Of a stretch of 64,000 bases of DNA, positions 26,410-38,830 are shown piece after piece (position 1 is the first letter of the stretch; every line of letters starts with the position of its first letter). The stretch is from the NCBI GenBank assembly GCA_030390025.1, contig CM059432.1, positions 52,764,001 to 52,828,000 of the forward strand, read 5' to 3'. Source of the DNA: Squalus acanthias. Lineage: Eukaryota. Position numbers and translations under genes: made by a program. Below the pieces are notes generated by a model. It did no database searches. It saw only the letters and a program-made list of their open reading frames with translations, and was not told the origin of the DNA.

Positions 26410-27097
26410 TGGCCTGTATTTTCCGATGCCTACGGGTGTGTACAGGTTGTGTACACACCCGTAGGAACATCGGAAATGCCAGCTTCAGGCATACGAAGTG
26501 CATGCGCTGAAAACCGGCATTTCCGATCTGTCAAGAATGCTCTCGACAGGTCGGACGCCTGCCCTGGAGAAGGGCCTCTGCGGGCGGATAGTTCCGCTTT
26601 CTGCAGAACCCCCGCCCGCTGAAAACCCTTAGATATCTTATGCCTGGTAAAAGCAGGTGTAAGGCCTGCTTTTACCAGCATAAGAGTTTAAAAAAAAATT
26701 CACTCATTTATAATTTAAAAATACTTTAAAAAAAGGTAAGTTTATTTTTAGCCCCGTAAAAAACTTTAATTTTTTTTTCAAAAAATAAAATTTTTGTTTA
26801 AAATATTTAATTTAATGTAATTTTAACTCATTTTAAAAACGTGATGGGTTTTTTAAAATTTATTTAATGTTTTAGTGTCTTTTTGGGGTGATCTCCATTC
26901 ATACTTTTGACAGGTGATCCCAGGGATGTTTGCGAACTGCATGCTCCCTGGGATACGTGGGCCCTGCGCATTTCGACTGTGGAGAGGCCCAGGAGCGGAA
27001 GTGTCCGGACCTCGGGAGCCCTCAGGTAAGTGCGTAGATTTTTTTCCGATAGGAGGCAACCGCACGCAGGAAGCCTCCTATCAGAAATTACGGGCCA
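26410..27097. mobile_element. Harbinger-like MITE
   Basis: TIRs TGGCCTGTATTTTCCGAT / TGGCCCGTAATTTCTGAT (15 of 18 match); GC-rich arms around an AT-rich core. Confidence 0.7.
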
Positions 27098-27619
27098 TCA
27101 TCACTTGTCTGTCAGTGTAAAGCAGGTTCAGATGCAGGTTTACACAAAAGGGGATGTATGATGTAGTGGTCCCATTGGCAATCTATGAGCTGAACTTAGA
27201 GGTGCTTTTAAATTGCAGCTTGTTTAGTTCAGTTCACAGGAGAGTGGCATCACATTTGCATTGCTAAAATTGACTCCCTTATCCCAGAGGGGGAGTCAAT
27301 GGACCCATGGGATGTCACTGTCTAAACTAATCAAATATTAATGCAAAAACTTTTAAGGCAAGCGATCACTTTCAGATTTGTGCTCCACAACAGCTTAGTA
27401 TAAGTGGAGCCAAGTGCAAAGTAATTTTTCTTTTTAAGTTAGATCACCTGGGAACTTTAAAAATGAATTTTGAATCATTTTAGTATTGGTAGAGAGCTGA
27501 CACTCCCATTGCCTCTCCTAACTTCAACATTTTAAGTGGTATTCAAAAGGTGGTGAGCAGAGCTCTTACACAACACTATATTATCACTGGACAGAGTGGT
27601 GCAGGACCCGATTGTATAG

Positions 27620-28697
27620 ATGAGTGGAACTTCCCTTGCCTGGTTCCATTCTTACCTATTCAGTCATAACCAGAGAATATTTTGCAATGGCTTCTCTTCC
27701 CGCCCCTGCACCATTACATCTGGAGTCCCTCACCCCACCACGGATCTACCCTTGCCCCCCTCCTATTTCTCATCTAGATGCTGCCCCTCAGCGACATCAT
27801 CTGAAAACACAATGTCAGGTTCTACATGTACACTGAAGACACCCAGCTCTACATCACCACCACTTCTGGATTGTCAGACTGCTTGTCCTACATCCATTCC
27901 TGGATGAGCCAAAATTTTCTCCAATTAAACATTGGGAAGACTGAAGCTATTGTCTTCAGCCCCAACCACAAACTTCATTCCCTACCCACCAATTTCATCA
28001 CTGTCCCTGGCCACTGTCTCAGGCTGAACCAGACTGTTCGCAACCTCGGCGTCCTGAGCTGAGCTTCCGACCTCATACCCTCTCCGTCACAAAGAACGCC
28101 TGCTGCCACCACTGTAATATCACCCGTCTCTGCCACTGCCTCAGCCCATTTGCTGCTGAAAACCTCATTCATGCTTTTGTTACCACCAGACTCAACTATT
28201 CCAACGTTCTCCTAGTCGGCCTCCCATCTTCCACCCTCCATAAACTAAAGCTCATCCAAAACTCTGCTGCCCGTATTCTAACTCGCACTAAGTCCCCTGT
28301 GCTCACTAACCTACATTGGTTCCCGGTCCGCGAATGCCTTGATTTTAAAATTCTCATTCTCGTGTTTAAATCCCTCCATAACTTCGACCCTTCCTATCGC
28401 CGTAACCTCCAGCCCTACAACCCTACAAGAACTCTGCGCTCCTCCAACTCTGGCCTTTTGTGCATACCCCACTTTCTTCGCCCCATAATTGTTGGCTTCA
28501 GCCATCTAGGCCCTAACCTTTGGAATTCTGTCCCTAAATGTCTCCACTTCTCCACCTCATTTAAGATGCTCCTTAAAACCTACCTCTTTGACCAAGCTTT
28601 TGGTCACCTGTCCTAATGTCTCCTCCTTTGGCTCTGTGTGAAGCACCTTGGGACGTTTTACGATGTTAAAGACGCTATATAAATGCAAGTTGTTGTA
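27620..28697 (+). mobile_element. L2-clade LINE 3' portion, degenerate
   Basis: Remnants LAWFHSYL..TSGVP, DTQLY, LQLNIGKTE, LHWFPV, FKMLLKTYLF; tail ctatataaatgcaagttgttgt. Confidence 0.85.
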
Positions 28698-31529
28698 TAG
28701 CTCAAGTCTGCTGGTCTGACATTTCACTACTGAGGTCTGAGACCAATATTTGTAGTATAACAGGGCCACGAGATTCTATAGTCGGGAATACTTTTATCCG
28801 AAGTGTTTCCAATTAAGATCAGCTTATCAGTAACTCTTTTGGGAATGCTGCAATTACAGTGCGGGTACCATTTGATACCACTACAGAAATGCAGGTCAAC
28901 AGGACCAAATTATTGTTTTGAGCCATTTGTAATTATACTGCAGCTGGTGCATAGCCACTTCCTTCTGGTGGACTGACAGTGAATCAGTTGCTCATTTGAC
29001 ATTTCTGTGAAGTAGAAACTGCTTTGTAAGTATGTAAAATATGTAGTACAACTACGCCATTCGAGTTATAAGGATAAATTGTGCAAATCTGTGGTCCTGT
29101 CACTGAGCTACATGTAGCTGAAGCGCGTATCAAATTAATTTTAATGGATGGAAAATCCTGCGGGAGCACACTGACCTCCACACCAACATTCCCAATATGC
29201 TCTCCCAGCACACGTATCTCTGTGCCGGGAGCACAAATTCATAAATCTACTTTATAATGTAGAAGCTGTTTCTATGTTTTATAAAATGATTTAGCTCATA
29301 TCTGGGCTACTATCAACAAGAAGGCTGATTGTTTGATATTTAGTATAGGCTGGGACTGTTTGCAAGGGATGCTTTAGATTTATTTCCAAGAGGATACCAT
29401 CCTCTTTTGAAGACTGCTATTTTAAAGTGGCACTGTTTTCATGAAAGATAGTTGGCACACTTTAGTTTGGGGGGTGGGGGTGGGGTTCGGAGAGAGGAAA
29501 GAGTCAGATGAACCTTGCACCATTTCCATCACAAGAGGAATGCATAAATCATACAATTACATTATTTGCCTTTGGGTTGATATAAAAATTAATTTGCAAA
29601 TTCTTTTCCTATAGCTGGTACATCTACATTAGTTGATATAATCCTTCTTTGCCACATTATCTAATGCAGAGCCTCCCCTTTTGCTGCCATTATAGAAACT
29701 AATATAATTAAATTATTTATTGGAATATTTAAATTCTGAACTTGGAAGACCTATGGGGAGAATGACTATATCACCAATATACAAGCTTAGTTCTAAGTAT
29801 CTTTTATTTATTTTCTTCCAGCTTATGAGTTATATTTCATTTGTAGTCCTTTGCTGGATACCTTCAAAATGTGCCATAACTGAGGATAAGTATCCCCTAG
29901 TTTGACAGCCGAGGTATCAAGTTACTGAAGTACAATAAATTACAGATGACATTTAACATACTTCAGTAAAATAAAATGTTAGTGTCTTTTAGAAAATTTG
30001 GATACAAGGTAATAAATGCACTATAAAATGGACTTGAAATGTGATTTTATTCAGTAGACCTTTTACAATCATTGCTTGATTAAAGCAAGGAACTTCTCAT
30101 TTCGTTTTGACGACAGAAGGGACCAGTAATTTATATAAGTATGCCAGTGGGTTGACTCAGGGAACGTTCACAAGGTGACATTTGTTTTTGATTAAATTGT
30201 TCACACTGACTTGGGCGAAACTCCAAGATATTTTGAGCCTCTATCTAACAAGAGATCACAAAGTGAAGCCAGAGTTGTCCCGCTTTTTCCTTTCCTTATG
30301 CACCACTTATTAGAGATAGGAACATCTACCCACATGGTCACAAGGCACCGACGGATGAGGAAGGCCATTTCCAAAGTGTTTGGATGGAAATCACTGACCT
30401 ATCAGCTTCACAAAAGGTCCACAATTTAATATTTTTGTAATGTTGTACAGCAATTAAATCAACAATCTAGGGAATAAAAGAAAACATAGTGGGGCAACTG
30501 ATTCTGAAACTGATGACTTCTGCACTTTTAGATATTCTGTTCCAGTTCAACCTAATGTTATCAGAAATGAAAACTTCTTTACAATATTAAATGAAACATG
30601 ACACCCACCACGATGAAGTCTGTCTAATGTTTTAAAAGTTTGCTACTGATGTTTTCATGTCTGTGCTTTCCAGAATTTGAGTTGTTTATTAATGCAATGT
30701 TATGCAATCATATTTTTTAAAGACTTTGGAGGATAATTACTGCTTTTAAAAACTGGGGTGTTAATCTCACTATATTTAAAAAATTGAACAGAAGAGATTA
30801 GAAAAGTTAATTACTTCAGTTTTTAGCTGTGTGCATTTATTTGATAAATTTTGTCACTGACAGAAACCTGGTCAACAAGGATTTGCCTACAATAATGCTC
30901 ATTTCACTCCTCCCAAATGGCTTAACTAGTCATGTAATGGTCAACTCATTCATCCCACTCTGGAAAGTGTGAGAAATAAAGCAGAGTGGTGCATCCATGC
31001 ATCCAATTCATTGAAGTAGTCATTTCCAGATGTTGAAAGACTGATTTGTGAATGTAAACTCTGAGGTTTGAAATTAGAAATAAAACAGACACAATATCAA
31101 GTTCTAAAAATTGTGTACATCATCTGCTTGTATCATTAAGGCTTTTGAAGAGTCAGATGATTCAAGTGTCAGTCAGCGCAGTGTAGGAAATCATTTAAAA
31201 GTCCAGATGGTAGTTTGTGGTGACAGGGTTGCTTAATTTCCAGTGAATCCCATACTCTTGAACATCCTTTCCCACCAACACTGAATATGTTAATATAACA
31301 ATTACAGCAAAATCCAAAGATACTCAGCCAAAGCGCATGGCTATCCCATCATTGAATTAACTCCAGCTGAGGGGGTGAGCTATATGGTCATTCTAATTTC
31401 CCAAGTGGAAGACTGTCACATCTTTTCCTGAATGTTCAGCAACAAAGTCTTAAAAAGCAAAATGAGATTTTTACAAAAACATTTTGTTACAAATTTCACT
31501 TCCCCTTTTCTGGGGCAGTACATGGGCCC

Positions 31530-32195
31530 TAGCCATCTATCGCCAGATCTGGCTTGGTCACACCAAGCATCATCAAGCTTCCCTTTCCTCAGCCAAAACC
31601 ACCCACTATTCCAGGATCATCTCAAGGCAATCTCAGACTCTTTTTATTTTCAATGTCAAATGATATTTAAATCCCTCTCTCTGCCCCCTACATGGTCACA
31701 TCAAAAATCCAAGTGCAAGGGGCTCATGTATTTCTTCATCACCAAGGTAGAGACCATCATGCAGCTGCCTCCACTTTCTGCCTCCATTGTATCTTCACTT
31801 TCCTCTAATCTTCAGCCTCCCTGACTCTAGCCTTGAACTCCTGCCTTTCTTGAGTGGCCGATCTGATATTGCCTCGTTTACACTATTGTCAAAAGTTAAA
31901 ATTACCTCGCTTGTTCTCAACTTTAGATCCCTCTATGGACTCACTTCACCCTCTCTGCAATTTATTCCAACCCTAGATCCCCCATTGAGCACTCCATTCC
32001 TCTGACTCTTTTGTCCTCAACCTTTTGTGCATCCCTCTCCCTTTGTCCTACTAGTGATGGCAGAGTTTACAGCCTCCTTAAATCTCTCTGCCATTAAAAA
32101 CCTGCTTAAAACCCTTTTCTTCAATAAAGCTTTCGGTAGTTCCTCATAATCTCTCCCTTCCTGGTTTGCCTAGCTGTGAAGTGACTTGGGACAAT
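31530..32195 (+). mobile_element. Very degenerate L2 fragment
   Basis: C-rich coding-like remnants and 'cttaaaacccttttcttcaataaagctttcggt' resembling the L2 3' end at 28570. Confidence 0.4.
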
Positions 32196-33467
32196 AAAAA
32201 GAAAACAAACTGAAACCGCTGAAAATCAGAACCAAAGACAAAAAATGGTAGAAAACACAATCATGTGCAACAGCATCAGTAAAGGGAAAAGACAGATTAA
32301 CATTTTGGGAGTAACTCCCTGTCTTTTACCTTTACAGATGTTGACAGAGCCATAGAACATAGAACATAGAAGAGTACAGCACAGTACAGGCCCTTCGGCC
32401 CTCGATGTTGTGCCGAGCATTGTCCGAGACCAAGATCAAGCTATCACACTCCCTATCACTCTGGTGTGCTCCATGTGCTTATCCAATAACCGCTTGAAAG
32501 TTCCTAAAGTGTCCGACTCCACTATCACAGCAGGCAGTCCATTCCACACCCCAACCACTCTCTGAGTAAAGAATCTACCTCGGACATCCCTTCTATATCT
32601 CCCCCCATGCACCTTATAGTTATGCCCCCTTGTAACAGCTGCCTCTACCCGAGGAAATAGTCTCTGAACATCCACTCTATCTATCCCCCTCATCATCTTA
32701 TAAACCTCTATTAAGTCGCCTCTCATCCTCCTCCGCTCTAAAGAGAAAAGCCCCAACTCCCTCAATCTTTCCTCATAAGACCTCCCCCCCAAACCAGGCA
32801 GCATCCTGGTAAATCTCCTTTGCACTCTTTCCAATGCTTCCACGTCCTTCCTATAGTGAGGTGACCAGAACTGCACACAATATTCCAAATGTGGTCTCAC
32901 CAAGTTCCTGTACAGTTGCAGCATAACCTCACGGTTCTTAAACTCAAACCCTCTGTTAATAAATGCCAACACACCATAGGCCTTCTTTACTGCTCTATCC
33001 ACTTGAGTGGCAACCTTCAGAGATCTGTGGATATGAACCCCCAGATCCCTCTGCTCCTCCACGTTCCTCAGAACCCTGCCGTTGACCCTGTAATCCTTAT
33101 TCAAATTTGCCCTACCAAAATGAATCACCTCGCACTTATCAGGGTTAAATTCCATCTGCCATTTTTCGGCCCAGCTCTGCATCCTATCAATGTCTCTTTG
33201 CAGCCTACAACTGCCCTCCACCTCATCCACTACTCCACCAATCTTGGTGTCATCAGCAAATTTACTGATCCACCCTTCAGTCCCCTCCTTCAAGTCATTG
33301 ATAAAAATCACAAACAGCAGAGGACCCAGCACCGACCCCTGTGGCACACCGCTGGTAACTGGTCTCCAGTCCGAAAATGTTCCATCCACCACCACCCTCT
33401 GCCTTCTATGAGATAAAAATGAGAAGTCGCACAGCACCAGGTTATAGTCCAACAGATTTATTTAATT

Positions 33468-33505
33468 TTACAAGCTTTCGGAGCTGTCGCTCCTTCGTCA
33501 GGTAA
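33468..33505 (-). ncRNA. Minimal type I hammerhead ribozyme motif (PLE family A, inverted arm)
   Basis: uuac-CUGACGA-a-ggagc(gaca)gcucc-GAAA-gc-UU-guaa: intact core, stem II hairpin, palindromic stem III AGCU, 4-bp stem I. Confidence 0.8.
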
Positions 33506-33650
33506 GTTAGCAATGAGAGAATCTCCCAGAATTCACAATTTAAACCCAGACAAAATCTATTCACATTATACGCTACAACAAAGAGCACAGCCAAGACAAT
33601 GAGATGTGTCCCAGGGGGTCCAACGTGTCAAACCACCTGCTGGCTGCAAA

Positions 33651-35393
33651 GCATACCGACAACTGGACAACCAGGAACACTACAGACAGCTACCCGCAGA
33701 TCCGACCAAAGAACACACCCGCCAACTCAATAGACTGATCAAGACCTTCGATCCAGACCTTCAAAACATCCTACGCGCTCTCATCCCATGTACTCCCCGC
33801 GTAGGAGACTTTTACTGCCTCCCAAAGATACACAAAGCCAACACACCCGGACATCCTATCGTATCAGGCAACGGAACCCTGTGTGAGAACCTCTCTGGGT
33901 ACGTCGAGGGCATCCTGAAACCCATCGTACAGGGAACCCCCAGCTTCTGTCGCGACACTACAGACTTCTTGCAGAAACTCAGCACCCATGGACCAGTTGA
34001 ACCAGGAACACTCCTCGTCACAATGGACGTATCGGCACTCTACACCAATATCCCCCACAATGACGGCATCGCTGCGACAGCCTCAGTACTCAACACCAAC
34101 AACAGCCAATCTCCGGACGCCATCTTACAACTCATCCGCTTCATCCTTGACCACAATGTCTTCACCTTCGACAACCATTTTTTCACCCAAACACACGGAA
34201 CAGCCATGGGGACCAAATTCGCACCCCAATACGCCAACATCTTCATGCACAAGTTCGAGCAAGACTTCTTCGCTGCACAGGACCTCCAACCAACGCTGTA
34301 CACCAGATACATCGACGACATCTTCTTCCTTTGGACCCACGGCGAAGGATCACTGAAAGGACTACACGATAGCATCAACAGGTTCCATCCCACCATCAAA
34401 CTCACCATGGACTACTCCTCAGAATCGGTTTCATTCTTGGACACACGAATCTCCATCAAAGACGGACGCCTCAGCACTTCACTCTACCGCAAGCCCACGG
34501 ACAACCTCACGATGCTCCACTTCTCCAGCTTCCACCCTAACCACGTTAAAGAAGCCATCCCCTATGGACAAGCCCTGCGAATACACAGGATCTGCTCAGA
34601 CGAGGAGGAACGCAATGGACACCTACGGACACTGAAAGACGCTCTCGTAAGAACGGGATATGACGCTCGACTCGTCGATCGACAGTTCCGACGGGCCACA
34701 GCGAAAAACCGCATAGACCTCCTCAGAAGACGAACACGGGACACAACCAACAGAGTACCCTACGTCGTCCAGTACTTCCCCGGAGCGGAAAAACTACGCC
34801 ATGTTCTTCGCAGCCTTCAACATGTCATCGATGACGACGAACACCTTGCTAAGGCCATCCCCACGCCTCCACTACTCGCCTTCAAGCAGCCGCCTAACCT
34901 CAAAAGTACCATCGTTCGCAGCAGATTACCCATCTTTCAGGAGAACAGCAACCAAGACACCACACAACCCTGCCACGGCAACCTCTGCAAGACATGCCAA
35001 ATCATGGACACAGATACCATCATTACACGTGAGGACACTACCCACCAGGTACACGGTACATACTCATGTGACTCGGCCAACGTTGTCTACCTGATACGTT
35101 GCAGTAAAGGATGCTCCAGAGCATGGTACATCGGCGAGACCATGCAGACACTGAGACAACGTATGAACGGACACCGCGCAACAATCGCCAGGCAGGAGGG
35201 TTGCCTCCCAGTCGGGGAACACTTCAGCAGCCAGGGGCATTCAGCCTCGGATCTGCGGGTAAGCGTTCTCCAAGGCGGCCTTCGAGATACACGACAGCGC
35301 AAAATCATAGAGCAGAAACTGATAGCCAAGTTCCGCACTCATGAGGATGGCCTCAATCGCGATATCGGGTTCATGTCACGATACAGAACGTGA
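33651..35393 (+). CDS. PLE reverse transcriptase plus GIY-YIG endonuclease (N-truncated, open frame)
   Basis: LPKIHK, MDVSALYTNI, GTAMG, YIDD, Cys linker CHGNLCKTC (Neptune-type) and VVYLIRC...YIGET; ~580 codons without a stop. Confidence 0.9.
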   Translation, partial: AYRQLDNQEHYRQLPADPTKEHTRQLNRLIKTFDPDLQNILRALIPCTPRVGDFYCLPKIHKANTPGHPIVSGNGTLCENLSGYVEGILKPIVQGTPSFCRDTTDFLQKLSTHGPVEPGTLLVTMDVSALYTNIPHNDGIAATASVLNTNNSQSPDAILQLIRFILDHNVFTFDNHFFTQTHGTAMGTKFAPQYANIFMHKFEQDFFAAQDLQPTLYTRYIDDIFFLWTHGEGSLKGLHDSINRFHPTIKLTMDYSSESVSFLDTRISIKDGRLSTSLYRKPTDNLTMLHFSSFHPNHVKEAIPYGQALRIHRICSDEEERNGHLRTLKDALVRTGYDARLVDRQFRRATAKNRIDLLRRRTRDTTNRVPYVVQYFPGAEKLRHVLRSLQHVIDDDEHLAKAIPTPPLLAFKQPPNLKSTIVRSRLPIFQENSNQDTTQPCHGNLCKTCQIMDTDTIITREDTTHQVHGTYSCDSANVVYLIRCSKGCSRAWYIGETMQTLRQRMNGHRATIARQEGCLPVGEHFSSQGHSASDLRVSVLQGGLRDTRQRKIIEQKLIAKFRTHEDGLNRDIGFMSRYRT

Positions 35394-35632
35394 CTTGACA
35401 TCATGGCCGGTCTTCCCAGGTGTTTTTTTTTTTTTTTTTTTGTTTTGTTTTTTAAAAAGGCTAACACAAGAACACAAATTGACAGGATATGCAGCCAGCA
35501 GGTGGTTTGACACGTTGGACCCCCTGGGACACATCTCATTGTCTTGGCTGTGCTCTTTGTTGTAGCGAATAATGTGAATAGATTTTGTCTGGGTTTAAAT
35601 TGTGAATTCTGGGAGATTCTCTCATTGCTAAC

Positions 35633-35670
35633 TTACCTGACAAAGGAGCGACAGCTCCGAAAGCTTGTAA
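35633..35670 (+). ncRNA. Hammerhead motif with core mutation (CUGACAA)
   Basis: Same as 33468-33505 except G8>A at 35642. Confidence 0.7.
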
Positions 35671-37934
35671 AATTAAATAAATCTGTTGGACTATAACCTG
35701 GTGCTGTGCGACTTCTCATTTTTGTCCACCCCAGTCCAACGCCGGCATCTCCACATCATGACTTCTATGAGATAGCCAGTTACTTATCCAATCGGCCAAA
35801 TTTCCCTCTATCCCACAACTCCTTACTTTCTTCATGAGACGACCATGGGGAACCTTATCAAACGCCTTACTAAAATCCATGTATACGACATCAACTGCTC
35901 TACCTTCATCTACACACTTAGTTACCTCCTCAAAGAATTCAATCAAATTTGTTAGGCAAGACTTACCCTTCACGAATCCGTGTTGACTATCCCTGATTAA
36001 GTTGCCCCTTTCCAAATGGTCATAAATCCTATCCCTCAGGACCTTTTCCATTATCTTACCAACCACTGAAGTAAGACTAACCGGCCTATAATTACCAGGG
36101 TCATTCCTATTTCCTTTCTTGAAGAGAGGAACAACATTCGCCACTCTCCAGTCCTCTGGCACCATCCCCGTGGACAGTGAGGACCCAAAGATCAAAGCCA
36201 GAGGCTCTGCAATCTCCTCCCTTGCCTCCCAAAGAATCCTAGGATATATCCCATCTGGCCCAGGGGACTTATTGACCCTCAGGTTCTTCAAAATTGCTAG
36301 AACATCTTCCCTCAGAACATCTACCACCTCCAGCCTATCCACCTTTATCACACTCTCATCCTCAAGAACATGGCCCCTCTCCTCGGTGAACACTGACGAA
36401 AAGTATTCATTCATCACCTCTCCTATCTCTTCTGACTCCATGCACAAGTTCCCACTACTGTCCTTGACCGGCCCTATCCTCACCCTGGTCATTCTTTTAT
36501 TTCTCACATAAGAGTAAAAAGCCTTGGGGTTTTTCTTGATCCGACCCGCCAAGGACTTCTCATGCCCCCTCCTAGCTCTCCTAAGCTCTTTTTTTAGCTC
36601 ATTCCTTGCTACCTTGTACCCCTCAATCGACCCAACTGAACCTTGTTTTCTCATCCTTACATACGCTTCCTTTTTCCTCTTGACTAGACATTCAACCTCT
36701 TTTGTGAACCATGGTTCTCTCACTCGGCCATTTCCTCCCTGCCTGACAGGGACATACCTATCAAGGACACGCAGTAATTGCTCCATGAAAAAGCTCCACT
36801 TTTCGTTTGTGCCTTTCCCTGATAGTTTCTGTTCCCATCTTATACTCCCTAATTCTTGCCTAATCGCATCATAATTACCCCTCCCCCAATTATAAACCCT
36901 GCCCTGCCGTATGGCCCTATCCCTCTCCATTGCAATAGTGAAAGTTACCGAATTGTGGTCACTATCTCCAAAGTGCTCTCCCACATACAAATCAAACACT
37001 TGGCCCGGTTCATTACCCAGTACCAAATCCAACGTGGCCCCACCTCTTGTCGGCCTATCCACATATTGTGTCAGGAAACCCTCCTGCACACACTGTGCAA
37101 AAACTATCCCATCCGAACTGTTTGACCTATAAAGGTTCCAATCAATATTTGGAAAGTTGAAGTCACCCATGACAACTATTCTGTGACCTCCACACCTATT
37201 CATAATCTGCTTTGCAATTTCTTCCTCCACATCTTTATTACTATTTGGGGGCCTGTAGAAAACTCCTAACAACGTGACCGCTCCTTTCCTATTTCTAACT
37301 TCAGCCCATATTACCTCAGACGGCAGATCCCCCTCGAACTGCCTTTCTGCCGCTGTTAAACTATCCTTGATTAACAATGCTACTCCTCCACCTTTCTTAC
37401 CAACTTCCCTACTCTTACTGAAACATCTATACCCCGGAACTTCCAACAACCATTCCTGTCCCTGTTCTAACCATGTCTCCGTAATGGCCACCACATCGTA
37501 GTCCCAAGTACCAATCCACGCTCCAAGTTCTCCTACCTTATTCCGGATGCTCCTTGCATTGAAGTAGACACACTTCAAGCCATCTTCCTGTCTGCCGGTA
37601 CATTCCTGCGACCTTGATACCCTCCTCAGTACCTCCCTACACTCACCACTGGCTCGTGGACTACAGCCCTTTTTCCCATCCCTCTGACAAATTAGTTTAA
37701 ACCCCCCCCCGAAGAGCCGTAGCAAATTTCCCTCCCAGGATATTGGTGCCCCTCTGGTTCAGGTGCAAACCGTCCTGTTTGTACAGGTCCCACCTTCCCC
37801 ATTATCCAATAAAATAATTTTCTTAGCTTTGTTAAAAAAATCTTCCTATGTTTAAAGACTATGGTATTGCATATTTTAGAGTAAATGGAAACATACTATC
37901 CTGGGCAACACTCCTCCCTTAAAACACCACTACG

Positions 37935-38095
37935 AAAAACTGGTTATTCATTGTTGTATGTGGGATCTTGCTGTGCACAAAGGGTTGCGATGTTTGCCTA
38001 CATAACAACAGCAACTGCACTTTGAAGTAAATTCTTGTGTGTGGAACACTTTGAGACATTTCTGAAGAACATGACACTATTTAAAGACAAGTTTT
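37935..38095 (+). mobile_element. Deu-SINE 3' fragment
   Basis: 'tgggatcttgctgtgcac...cctacataacaacagcaactgcactt' is the reverse complement of part of 56850-57000. Confidence 0.55.
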
Positions 38096-38479
38096 TTAGA
38101 AAAATGTATCTATGGGGAAATCATTTATTTCCACAATCCATGTGGTTGCACAAGTTAAAAAAATGGCTTTGAGACATGATGGAGAAGATGGGAACTAAAC
38201 TTTTGGAACCACAAATATACTTTGGGTTAAACTTGATTCCAAGTATGCTGTTTTATTATGTGGTTTACTCTTCATCATATACAAAGGATGCTTGAAAATT
38301 GATCTGATTAACATAATAACAAGGTACAATGAGATGTAATTATAACAACCTTATTCTTAATGACAGTTCCACAAAGTTGAGGGTAACTAAAAGAGACGAG
38401 AGAACCAGACTATTTCTAGTCAAGATAGAGAATAAATCCATAGTGGGTGAATAGTCTGGTGTGGTATTGAACTATGCAA

Positions 38480-38830
38480 ACTAGAAAGATCCTCAGGTTG
38501 AGCTCCAGTCAGCTGATCTCAGCTTGTGTGACGTTGCGCACTACAATCAGTTCCAACTTCCCTGAGCTGGGGAAAAGAGAGAAAGAAAATCAACCAAGGT
38601 TCACTCCTGCTTGTTATCCCCATCACCTATGGTGGAAACTGGAGGTCAGGGGAGGACAGGCTTGGGCTCAACTGTGATGACCCCCAAGATTGAATAAGCC
38701 ACCAGCACTCACTGTCAAATGTCACACACAAAGAATTGGCCACTTGGTGAGGTACTGTAAGGGATGTCGCCACTTGTATAATGTTACTTCAACAAGAGCT
38801 GGAACCTCCAGGAGAGGAGGAGACAAAACT
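38480..38830 (+). repeat. Old SINE-like interspersed repeat
   Basis: Similar to 17030-17335 (opposite strand) and more loosely to 40060-40290. Confidence 0.45.

Larger units (their letters stand above)
33416..35761 (+). mobile_element. Penelope-like element, Neptune type (family A), 5'-truncated with inverted pseudo-LTR
   Basis: 13-bp TSD CTTCTATGAGATA (33403-33415, 35762-35774). 234-bp inverted arms 33415-33648 / 35490-35723 with 2 mismatches; 38-nt tail. Confidence 0.95.
32351..37800 (-). mobile_element. Young CR1 LINE (ORF1 3' end, full ORF2, 3' UTR) split by a Penelope insertion
   Basis: ORF1 esterase end (DGLHLN) at 37692-37800. APE endonuclease plus RT N-half in ORF 35716-37725, RT C-half in ORF 32436-33452. 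Removing the insert restores WISNWLSHRRQRVVVDG; (catagaa)n tail at 32351. Confidence 0.95.

Noticed and set aside
33416..33452. In-frame fusion of PLE pLTR peptide (MDYNLVLCDFSF) to the CR1 RT C-half
   Set aside because: Start is TTG, not ATG; it is an accidental read-through across the insertion junction.
33606..33650. N-terminus MSQGVQRVKPPAGC of the 595-aa ORF
   Set aside because: Comes from the inverted arm with a GTG start; the true PLE N-terminus is truncated.
10559..37501. Numerous plus-strand ORFs over CR1 copies (e.g. 12344-12700, 21640-22053, 36119-36511)
   Set aside because: Antisense shadows of CR1 ORF2 with no independent coding evidence.
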